IMG/VR virus record: IMGVR_UViG_3300042508_000526
Source: a virus
Taxonomy: Duplodnaviria; Caudoviricetes
Strand: one strand, 5' to 3'
Length of the DNA: 64,000 nucleotides
Part shown: positions 57,123-64,000 of the stretch, in pieces
Layout of the letters: each line of letters opens with the position of its first letter
How positions within the stretch are numbered: position 1 is the first letter of the stretch
The notes under the pieces: model-generated
Database searches by the model: none
What the model was told of the DNA's origin: nothing
The model's input: the letters and a program-made list of their open reading frames with translations, nothing else
Made by a program: the position numbers and the translations under genes

Positions 57123-57929
57123 TTAACTCCTCGCGAGGTTGTTCACCCAGCGTGTTTTGATATGTTTAGTGCCTGTTGGGTACGCAAATATACTTTTGCG
57201 CTGCGCAACATTGGCCGGCTGATTTGCGCCATTGCAAAGGCGGCACTTGTTGCATTGAATCAGTTTGTTTATTTGTTCGTTTTGATGCGGGCATAAAACT
57301 TCGTTTGCCGCGGGACCGTCAACGCCTACACGATAGTGGCGCCAGCCAAGCGCCGCTGCACGGGGCATATCCTCGACGCGGTGCACGCTGGCCATGTAGT
57401 ACGGCCGATAGGCCTGATACTCGGGTTTCATCCATTGCTCGGTGAAACCGGTGTAGTTGCGACGCGATACGGTAACAAGTCGTTCCACAATTTCAAGCGG
57501 AATCAAAACCGGATCTCCGTAGGCGCCAAAGCGTACGCCCTTTGCCGCCACAATTCTGTCGTGGCGGTCTGGGTCGTAGTCCGGGTAGTTTCCGTTCTTG
57601 TAAGCGTTCCAGACCATCCGCGGCGCTTGATGCAGCTTGACGTAGCAAACCTGCACGAGCTTGCAGTCGCCGCAGACCAGCCGGTGCAAACCGCCGGCTC
57701 GGGCCTCTGTCGGCTTGAGCTTGTCCGCAAACAGCCAAACCTGACACGTGTCGCCCGTTTTGCGGTTGGTAGAGGTAAACGTCATCAGGATCACAATCTG
57801 GCTGTCAGCGTCGCTGGCGCCCTCTGGGGCCCAAGGACTGCGGCCGCGGTACAGCACACAGCCCGAAACTGTCTCCTGCCGAAGTTTGCGTTTTTTACGG
57901 GCTTTTTGCGCTTTTTTCGTGATCGTCAT
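57123..57929 (-). CDS. GP88-like Cys-rich phage protein (radical-SAM-like fold suspected)
   Basis: TNRKTG..Q, CGDC...CYV, VRFGAYGDP, TGFTEQW, MASV, CP...C.KC.LC; start MTITKK at 57929 (AGGA SD). Confidence 0.6.
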   Translation of the reverse strand: MTITKKAQKARKKRKLRQETVSGCVLYRGRSPWAPEGASDADSQIVILMTFTSTNRKTGDTCQVWLFADKLKPTEARAGGLHRLVCGDCKLVQVCYVKLHQAPRMVWNAYKNGNYPDYDPDRHDRIVAAKGVRFGAYGDPVLIPLEIVERLVTVSRRNYTGFTEQWMKPEYQAYRPYYMASVHRVEDMPRAAALGWRHYRVGVDGPAANEVLCPHQNEQINKLIQCNKCRLCNGANQPANVAQRKSIFAYPTGTKHIKTRWVNNLARS

Positions 57930-57949
57930 TGTCCTATCTAAAATCAGCG

Positions 57950-58345
57950 ACATTGGGGGGTAAAATGACCCCAAAATCTGTCGCAAATCGTTGAGGCCAC
58001 ATGACTTACGCTGCGCGCTTTACGCAAATTTTGTCCGATTTATGCGGACCTAGTGTAGGCTTCGCCTACAAGGTAGTTCTTTCTTAGAATTTTTTATTGG
58101 TAGCAGATGATCGGGGGCTGTTTGATTAGGCAGTTAAATACTGCCTTTTCAAATAGCGCCCCAATACGTTGTAATAAAGACCCCAACAGCCGAATTGCAC
58201 GGCTACACCACAGGGCATGAACCTTTAGTGACACGCGTTTGGGGTGACCAGTCTGTTTTCTGCGGAGTTCGGTAACGCAGCACGTGGAACAGACAAGTGA
58301 GTCCAGCTTTACTGGTCAAGAGGCTGCTGGACAAGCACTGGATAT
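57950..58345 (-). ncRNA. Highly structured ~400-nt intergenic region containing a tRNA-like minihelix
   Basis: GTCCAGC/GCTGGAC stem whose loop pairs with downstream CTGGTCA; acceptor-like stem plus AGCCG-TGCAATT-CGGCT (58180-58245); long rod hairpin (about 58108-58167); TGTAGGC-GAA-GCCTACA; GTCCG/CGGAC; GGGGT/ACCCC. Confidence 0.5.
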
Positions 58346-58346
58346 C

Positions 58347-58392
58347 AAAAAAAAAGACAACGGTAGGGGCGGGTAATTAAACCCGCCCCTAC
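58347..58392 (-). terminator. Intrinsic terminator
   Basis: Perfect 12-bp stem gtaggggcgggt / acccgcccctac, 6-nt loop, 9-U tract 7 nt downstream on the minus strand; just after the stop at 58409. Confidence 0.8.
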
Positions 58393-58408
58393 GCGTTTAT
58401 CTTATTGT

Positions 58409-59833
58409 TCAACGGGTAATGCTTTTGGCATTGCCTGCTGCTTTTACAGACTTCAACCGCTGTTTCGGTCCAAGTCGCTTAGCCAGCGCAGCGTTCATTT
58501 CAGCAATGAACCGCTTGCGCTCGTTTTCATCCTGAATGCTTGGCGCAACGTGAAACAGTTGCCGCAACTCAGGCGGGCAGTCGGCCCAATTGCTACTTCG
58601 CGCTTTTGGCTGCGGTACGCTGGCCAGATACAGCCGGCGCATCGCGGCAGCGTAATTGTGATACCGTTTCGACTCGTCTCGCGAGATCGACGCTTCAGGA
58701 ATCTGCATTTCCACCGTAAGTAGCGCCGGAGACATTTCCTTAGCAAGTTCCTCGATGCGCGACAGAACGTCGGGGCGCGAGAACATATGCTTCAGGCCAA
58801 TGTCGTGCATGTACCCCGGCCGCTCGTAATAAGCGATCAGGTGACACAGTCCGCCAAAGAAGTTTTGCTTCAGGGCTTCTTTGTGCTTGTACAGACCTTC
58901 GCACGCCGGATCTGTAATCAGCTGCAGCGCGCGGCGCACGTCCTTTTCCGTGATCCACGGAAAATGATATCGTGCTCCGTCGCACATGTGCATGATGATT
59001 TTGCCGTTAGCAAAGCGCGGCCAGCCGCGCTTGTTTGGCGGTGCGGACGCATCTAGCCCGTACTCAGCAGCCAGTTCCACCGCTTTGACGACTTCCTCGT
59101 CGCCGGCGATGTACATGTTACGCCAGCTGTCGCTTCCGGCCATCGGTCGCTTGCCGTCGTCGTTGTTCTTTGAGAACGACGTAGCAACTTCGGCCATCGA
59201 CGCTACCGGCGCAACCTGCACCTGTATTTTGATGGGGTTCTTACCCGTGCGCAGATCGTCCGGCCGATCCGCGTAGGCAAGCTCCATCTGGATTCGCGTG
59301 CGATGCCAGCCGTCTGGCACTTCAAACCGCACGGTGACTAGTCGGCCGTTTTCATAGATAGGCCGCATGTTTACAAGCGGCGGCGTCATGCTTGGCGCAT
59401 GATAGTGCTGCACGATGTAACCGATGTGTCCCTTGTCTACGCGTTTTTCACGCCCGATACCGTCTGCCGGAAAATCGAGCATCGTCCACGGAATTGCAAA
59501 CGGGATGCCACCCGTATTTACAACGTCCGCCGGCTGCGCCCTCAACGCACGGGTAATCTCGTTAAACAACGCGATCCTCGCGGTCGGTGGCGCGCTAACA
59601 GTTGCCGGCACGTCGTGCAAGATCTCTTCATACAGCGCAACAAACACGCCCGTTTCGCCGGACTTGCGGTGCTTCCACGCCAGCTGCTTTGGCCGGATTG
59701 TTTCACCGGTCATTTCTACATCTTCATCGTCCATGTCTACCTCGCGCGCTTCTACGTAGGCGTCGTGACGCGCAACTGCAGTCTTACGTGCTGCGCGCTT
59801 TTTAGCCATACGACGGTTGCTTGCGTGTCCCAT
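58409..59833 (-). CDS. ParB-N/Srx-like domain protein (DUF6551-like)
   Basis: PPLVN...FEVPDGWHR, AEVATSF..NN, RP...SDSWR....AGD pattern. Confidence 0.65.
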   Translation of the reverse strand: MGHASNRRMAKKRAARKTAVARHDAYVEAREVDMDDEDVEMTGETIRPKQLAWKHRKSGETGVFVALYEEILHDVPATVSAPPTARIALFNEITRALRAQPADVVNTGGIPFAIPWTMLDFPADGIGREKRVDKGHIGYIVQHYHAPSMTPPLVNMRPIYENGRLVTVRFEVPDGWHRTRIQMELAYADRPDDLRTGKNPIKIQVQVAPVASMAEVATSFSKNNDDGKRPMAGSDSWRNMYIAGDEEVVKAVELAAEYGLDASAPPNKRGWPRFANGKIIMHMCDGARYHFPWITEKDVRRALQLITDPACEGLYKHKEALKQNFFGGLCHLIAYYERPGYMHDIGLKHMFSRPDVLSRIEELAKEMSPALLTVEMQIPEASISRDESKRYHNYAAAMRRLYLASVPQPKARSSNWADCPPELRQLFHVAPSIQDENERKRFIAEMNAALAKRLGPKQRLKSVKAAGNAKSITR

Positions 59834-59847
59834 ACTTTGCTCCTTGG

Positions 59848-60162
59848 TTAGGTTTCATTCGTAACTAATTGATCCGGCACGTTTTCTTCTACGTCGTGTT
59901 CCGGAATGAATTCATACACAGACATGTTGACATCCAGAATTAACCACGGATGCGCGGGGCCGGCGTAGATCCGGCAGCGCATATGCGGTTCTGCTGGTTT
60001 GCCCATGATGTGTTCGTGCACCATGAGCGGCATGACTACAAACAACAAATCATCAGACAGCGATTCAATGACGCTTTCTGGCAGCGTTCTGTTGTAGCCA
60101 ATTCGTGTTGATACGCCGTTGATTTGCCGCAGCAGCTTTTTGTCTAGATATTTAATCTTCAT
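59848..60162 (-). CDS. Hypothetical protein
   Basis: 104 aa, ATGA overlap. Confidence 0.65.
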   Translation of the reverse strand: MKIKYLDKKLLRQINGVSTRIGYNRTLPESVIESLSDDLLFVVMPLMVHEHIMGKPAEPHMRCRIYAGPAHPWLILDVNMSVYEFIPEHDVEENVPDQLVTNET

Positions 60163-60425
60163 TGTCCGCGGGCCTTCTGGGCATTGTGAAATTTGATAAT
60201 CGCTTCGGCCGCCTGCGCAGCTTCGCGATCACTGTAGCCTTCTTGCTTTACGCGTTCCTTGGCGTACCGGTACTCAAAAGAGCTTTTGTCCGGCGCGCTT
60301 GTGCTCGTGCTGCTCGTGCTGCTCGTGCTATTTGTGCCGTTGCCGAATAGCATGCTTATAAAGATGCACACGACAAATACAAATACAATCAGCGGCCACG
60401 GACTGCTGTCATTACTCTGTTTCAT
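60159..60425 (-). CDS. Small membrane-anchored protein
   Basis: TM segment PWPLIVFVFVVCIFISMLFG, then an STS linker encoded by a 9-nt tandem repeat; start 60425 (GGAG SD). Confidence 0.65.
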   Translation of the reverse strand: MKQSNDSSPWPLIVFVFVVCIFISMLFGNGTNSTSSTSSTSTSAPDKSSFEYRYAKERVKQEGYSDREAAQAAEAIIKFHNAQKARGQ

Positions 60426-60990
60426 TTCCGTACTCCTTTTTGAGTTTGTCCCAGTACGCACGAATTGCGGTTACTGCTGCGTGCAGATAGTCCATCCGCT
60501 CGTGATCTTCAAAAATGCCGTCACCCACCGGGTTGGCGGTGTACACAGTTTCGCCGCCGACATCTGGGCAGTCGGCGCGAAAAGTACCGTGTCGCAAACG
60601 AAGGTACCCGACCAGCGAGCCGTTTTCGTTGTTAAATACGTCATACTGCTCAGGGCACGCGGGGCACGTGCAGATTAGGCGGTAGCCGTCAATTACGATG
60701 TCGGTGTCGGAGGGCGTATGGCCGCCGTATTTTTTGGTTTTGCGTTCTTCGTTCATGATTTCCTGCTTGCGCTGTAAAACCTGTAAAAATTCTGATTGCA
60801 CGGCGAAAAGATCTGGCGCTTTTTCTGCCGCTATAACCATCTCGTGCCTCATTGGAAAATGACGCAAAACCCAGCGTGCAGCCTGCCTTACAGCTTTGGG
60901 TACTTTTGGCGTTTTCTTTGGGTCAAGCAAGTCATACAAAAACTCGCGCGCGTTTTCTACCGCTCGAAACCGCTCATACGGTAACGTCAT
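60412..60990 (-). CDS. Two-domain conserved phage protein (BPSL0761-like N-half)
   Basis: MTLPYER...FL.DL.DP..TPKVP..VR..A...LRHFP plus CPACPEQYD...GYLRLRHG.F; ATGA overlap at 60987-60990. Confidence 0.65.
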   Translation of the reverse strand: MTLPYERFRAVENAREFLYDLLDPKKTPKVPKAVRQAARWVLRHFPMRHEMVIAAEKAPDLFAVQSEFLQVLQRKQEIMNEERKTKKYGGHTPSDTDIVIDGYRLICTCPACPEQYDVFNNENGSLVGYLRLRHGTFRADCPDVGGETVYTANPVGDGIFEDHERMDYLHAAVTAIRAYWDKLKKEYGNETE

Positions 60991-61358
60991 AAAATCTGCT
61001 CCATGCGGCGCTCTACAAATCCGCCGACGGTTGCGTCGTAGGCGACAACTGGCGGCTGCCAAGTCTTTTTGCGCGGACCGCAAAAACGATCTTCGTGATC
61101 TTTGTCGGTCCAGCCGGCTTTTATTTCTGCCATACGCGCCTCAAGCTCTTCTGGCGTTGGATCTACGTCTCGTGTGCGCCCGACGTTTCCGTTTTCTTTT
61201 TCCGGCAGCTTGTGCTTTGCCGCAAGACGACTAAGCGCTCCCGGCGAAATGCCCAGCTGCTTTGCTATTTCAATTTTGGACAGCTCCGTATTCCAAAGCC
61301 GAAACAGCGCGGGTACGTCAGTTTTTTTCCGCAGCCGATGTGTTGTCTGTTTCGTCAT
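60987..61358 (-). CDS. Small HTH protein
   Basis: SKIEIAKQLGISPGALSRLA. Confidence 0.7.
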   Translation of the reverse strand: MTKQTTHRLRKKTDVPALFRLWNTELSKIEIAKQLGISPGALSRLAAKHKLPEKENGNVGRTRDVDPTPEELEARMAEIKAGWTDKDHEDRFCGPRKKTWQPPVVAYDATVGGFVERRMEQIL

Positions 61359-61776
61359 CTTCGTCGTTATCTCTGGTTACCGGCCTATATCCGTATTTGT
61401 CTGCCTGAGCCGACGAGAGCGTGCGTAGCCAACGACCTGTTGTGCACAGCTGTCCGGTTTCGCCTGTGACCTCGCAGATGTGATACGACATGTGCTCGGC
61501 CATATTGCACACGCCGGAAACAAAATCATCGCCGCCGTAGTAGTACAACCGCAGACCGCCAAATTTTTCTTTGATCTGGCTAAAGCGGACTGGCGGGCAT
61601 TCTGGGCGGTGCTTGAGATGATTTGCAATTTGTGCGCACGCATTGTGGATCAGCGTGAACCAGCCGTTGTCGCATTCGCAACCAAAGCACATCAGCGACT
61701 GCGTAGGCGGCTTGTCTTTGTCGATGAAAAGGTCGGGAAACTTTTTTACCAGTTTTTCTTCAAGTTCCGGGCTCAC
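61318..61776 (-). CDS. Conserved phage hypothetical protein
   Basis: FGCECDNGW...QIKEKFGGLRLY...ICEVTGETG...WLRTL. Confidence 0.8.
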   Translation of the reverse strand: MSPELEEKLVKKFPDLFIDKDKPPTQSLMCFGCECDNGWFTLIHNACAQIANHLKHRPECPPVRFSQIKEKFGGLRLYYYGGDDFVSGVCNMAEHMSYHICEVTGETGQLCTTGRWLRTLSSAQADKYGYRPVTRDNDEDDETDNTSAAEKN

Positions 61777-62020
61777 TTTTGCGTCCTTTGCGTTTCTTTT
61801 TTGTTGGTTTTTTGCGCGGTGATTCTACTTCGTTGGCTACTCGGCGTAAAAGCGCTGTCAGGTTGTCGTGAAAGTCAAACGTCGCGTCAAGCTCTTTGCG
61901 GTTTGTTTCGCCGTTTGCAAGAAATTGTCGGATGACGTCTAGCTTGTGGTTTGTAATTGCTGCATTAGCCGCGCGTAAAACCTGATAGAGCAGCAGCGTT
62001 TCTTTTTCAGTAAGTTTCAT
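61760..62020 (-). CDS. Hypothetical protein
   Basis: 86 aa, coupled. Confidence 0.6.
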   Translation of the reverse strand: MKLTEKETLLLYQVLRAANAAITNHKLDVIRQFLANGETNRKELDATFDFHDNLTALLRRVANEVESPRKKPTKKKRKGRKSEPGT

Positions 62021-62021
62021 G

Positions 62022-62546
62022 TTATGTCGCCATTGCGACTAAGCGGCGCTTGGTCTTTTTAGTCGAATGCGCCGCCGGTTCGATATGCTTTAGCTGTGAA
62101 CCCGGAATCAGTCCCGCCATGTGCCGCAAAAACGTCTGCTCAAACTCTGTCTTTGTCAGGTCAGAGTAGGTGCCCATAAAACCTTTGTGATACACCATTT
62201 CTCCGCGGTAAAGCAGCTTGCCTTCTTTATTTATTCGGCACTTCCACGCGCAGCGGCACGCAGATCGGCGGCTCCAAACCTCAAGGCCTACGATCACATC
62301 ATCTTTGCGGACGTATTTGCCGCACTTGCTGACGGGAATTTCTAGCTCTTCAAGATCCTGTTCGTAGTGCGGGACAAGGATATCTTTGGCGCTTTCCCAG
62401 ACACCCGGGATACATGTGTCCATAAAAGCTGCGTGCTGCAGCGCAAGTTGTTCGTCTTTCTTTTTTTCTTGAGCCAGCAGCTCTTCGCAAATTGCGCGCT
62501 GACTCGCAACAATCAAGCCTAGCAATTCATGATTGTTCTGTTCCAT
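62022..62546 (-). CDS. Hypothetical protein
   Basis: 174 aa, GGAGG SD. Confidence 0.65.
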   Translation of the reverse strand: MEQNNHELLGLIVASQRAICEELLAQEKKKDEQLALQHAAFMDTCIPGVWESAKDILVPHYEQDLEELEIPVSKCGKYVRKDDVIVGLEVWSRRSACRCAWKCRINKEGKLLYRGEMVYHKGFMGTYSDLTKTEFEQTFLRHMAGLIPGSQLKHIEPAAHSTKKTKRRLVAMAT

Positions 62547-62793
62547 GTTGGCGGATTACCTCCCACCCTATGTGCTTAAAAACCTTTTGCGTCGCGAAAA
62601 AATCAGCGTCATCGTCGTTGCCCGGTTGCACCAGTATGAGTTGCTTTTTTTGCTTATCAACTTTGAATACAGTTTCAGACCGCGGGATGCCCCATATTCC
62701 GCCGTCGGTCAGTGCGCTCACCAGACTTGTGCACCATGAAAGCACGCTAGCCGCCGGATGATCTAGTTCAAATTCGTCATTGCAGCTAACCAT
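62527..62793 (-). CDS. Hypothetical protein
   Basis: 88 aa; W...LV..L.DGG.WGIPRS motif. Confidence 0.65.
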   Translation of the reverse strand: MVSCNDEFELDHPAASVLSWCTSLVSALTDGGIWGIPRSETVFKVDKQKKQLILVQPGNDDDADFFATQKVFKHIGWEVIRQHGTEQS

Positions 62794-63280
62794 TTTTGCT
62801 TTCCTGTGCGTGGCGGCGATGACGAAGCGCCATTGCCTGCAGACAGTCGCGCACCATGAGATCCTGCCCCGTTTCGAGCTTTGCTATTTTTATCAGGATA
62901 TCTGGGCACCATAACGCGCTATAGGGCATGACATCCGGCCAGCTTGCGGATTCTTCAGCGTAAAGCGGATCGTCACCGTTTTCGATCAACAATTGCTTTA
63001 CTGTGTTGACGTAGAATTCTTCGGCTTTTTGGCCCTGCAATACCGGCACGGCGTCGTCAAGCTGCGCTTCTGTTTCCGCGGCTGCCCGGGCCTCGTCGAC
63101 GCGGAGCTGCGCAAGGCAGTTGGTGAGGTACTCTAGCGTAGTAGTCGTCATCTCGTCGTCAACAGTGCCACAGAAATGCGCGGCAAAAGCACGAAGAACC
63201 AAGTCTTCTATTACGATAGCTGTCACGGGAGCTTTGTCGGCCGCAAGATACAACAGCCTTAGATCTTCTTTTTGGCTCAT
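62786..63280 (-). CDS. Hypothetical protein
   Basis: Start MSQKED at 63280 (AAGGA SD); the track's upstream extension spans an inverted repeat. Confidence 0.65.
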   Translation of the reverse strand: MSQKEDLRLLYLAADKAPVTAIVIEDLVLRAFAAHFCGTVDDEMTTTTLEYLTNCLAQLRVDEARAAAETEAQLDDAVPVLQGQKAEEFYVNTVKQLLIENGDDPLYAEESASWPDVMPYSALWCPDILIKIAKLETGQDLMVRDCLQAMALRHRRHAQESKNG

Positions 63281-63312
63281 TGATATTTGTGTCCTTGTGT
63301 TTGCCGCGCGTG

Positions 63313-63376
63313 ACCCGGGCAGTAGGCGTTCGGACTTATTAGGCGAGCGCCTGTCGCCGCAGCCTACTGCCCGGGT
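63313..63376. repeat. Perfect 15-bp inverted repeat with a structured 34-nt spacer
   Basis: acccgggcagtaggc (63313-63327) / gcctactgcccgggt (63362-63376); inner ggcga/tcgcc. Confidence 0.8.
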
Positions 63377-63389
63377 GTGTACGCGTATG

Positions 63390-64000
63390 TCAATCAATAA
63401 CGCGAGCGATTGTGTTGTCCTTGGCTACCGTGCGCTGATAGGTGATGCGATACGTGCCAGCCGGCAGCATCCAGTCACCGTGCTCGGGGTGCGTAACAAC
63501 ATTCGGCTCCGTTAGGACGAGAATCGGCCCGGCGAAGCTGACCATTTCAGCTGCCGCGGCAAGCGTCAGGATGTCGGCGTTTTGATCCTTGCGGCGAGCG
63601 GCCCACTCCGCCTCGCGCAATTCGGAGCGCAGGTTCGGCGACTTGACGTCAACGCCCGGATACTGCCGGGCAAGCTGTTCGATCATGCCGTACGAATTTG
63701 CAACCATCGGCTGGTAGACCGTCACGCCGTTGCCGTGCGCAAGGCAGTGGCGGCTGCCCTTGCTCGTGCCCTCGGCTAGCTGCAGCGGAAATACCGGCTG
63801 CAGAACGCGCTCATACAGCATCGGCGCCGACGTCACGTCGTCGATGAGCTGGATGTACACGTCGCCCTGCCGCACGGCATCGCCTGCGCTGGCGGCTTCA
63901 GGGAACTGCTGCGGCGCGTCGTTCTTGACGCGCTCCACGGCTGCATTGGCGTCGCGGAGAACGCGGGTAATCTGTTCAGCTCGCTCAAGAGTAGCAGTAG
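63390..64000 (-). CDS. Conserved phage protein (RQGD...H...HPEH family), 5' end just outside the window
   Basis: Frame stays open past the track start to the window edge; RQGDV, LAEG..GSRH, THPEH...LPAG.Y....QR. Confidence 0.75.
   Translation of the reverse strand, partial: TATLERAEQITRVLRDANAAVERVKNDAPQQFPEAASAGDAVRQGDVYIQLIDDVTSAPMLYERVLQPVFPLQLAEGTSKGSRHCLAHGNGVTVYQPMVANSYGMIEQLARQYPGVDVKSPNLRSELREAEWAARRKDQNADILTLAAAAEMVSFAGPILVLTEPNVVTHPEHGDWMLPAGTYRITYQRTVAKDNTIARVID

Noticed and set aside
57950-58345. tmRNA (including permuted form), RNase P RNA or c-di-GMP riboswitch
   Set aside because: No alanine acceptor stem with G3-U70, no tag reading frame identified, no GAGGAAAGUCC, and only a partial CACAGGGC match on the opposite strand.
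60301-60330. 9-nt tandem repeat (gtgctgctc-type)
   Set aside because: Encodes an in-frame STS linker in a membrane protein.
63328-63361. Hammerhead ribozyme (CUAAUAAGUCC-GAAC resembles CUGAUGAGUCC...GAAAC)
   Set aside because: Essential core guanines and stem II are absent.
1358-63779. All plus-strand ORFs in the track
   Set aside because: They lie antisense to well-supported, tightly coupled minus-strand genes, lack recognisable motifs and look like shadow ORFs.
1-64000. CRISPR array or TIGR-like ~36-nt periodic array serving the RAMP/Nop-like genes
   Set aside because: No periodic repeats seen in any intergenic gap, and the two genes have no flanking non-coding space. An array elsewhere in the genome cannot be excluded.
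1-64000. Stop-codon reassignment as in some large phages
   Set aside because: TAA, TAG and TGA all end full-length conserved genes, coding density is high with the standard code, and the tRNA is Gln(UUG), not a suppressor.

Overview
A 64-kb segment of a large tailed dsDNA phage genome. All credible genes are on the minus strand, tightly packed, and read with the standard code; the plus-strand ORFs in the track look like antisense shadows. In transcription order (high to low coordinate): (i) ~64.0-49.1 kb, small accessory genes (ParB-like, GP88-like, SEC-C motif, MazG-like, degenerate HUH-Rep-like, HTH fused to a deoxyhypusine-synthase-like fold), one tRNA-Gln(UUG) and two structured non-coding elements; (ii) ~49.1-33.3 kb, a coupled replication/recombination operon (Mre11, Rad50, an IS110/Nop-fold protein, a RAMP-like protein, SF2 helicase, DnaB, primase, UDG-like domain fused to family A polymerase, probable SSB, RecA); (iii) ~33-16 kb, DUF932-like, DUF1016N-like, two glycosyltransferase-fold genes, RuvC, probable portal, HD-domain protein, Tmk; (iv) ~15.7-0 kb, about ten tail-fibre/adhesin genes (Mtd_N anchors, RCC1 propellers, an intact trypsin-like protease, LamG-like repeats, Gly-rich fibre). 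Best leads: the adjacent IS110/Nop-like and RAMP-like genes, two folds linked to RNA-guided systems, inside the replication operon; and two tRNA-like elements 8 kb apart with the same T-loop that are complementary over 11 and 10 nt at identical 31-nt spacing. All domain calls are by-eye motif recognition; no searches were run.
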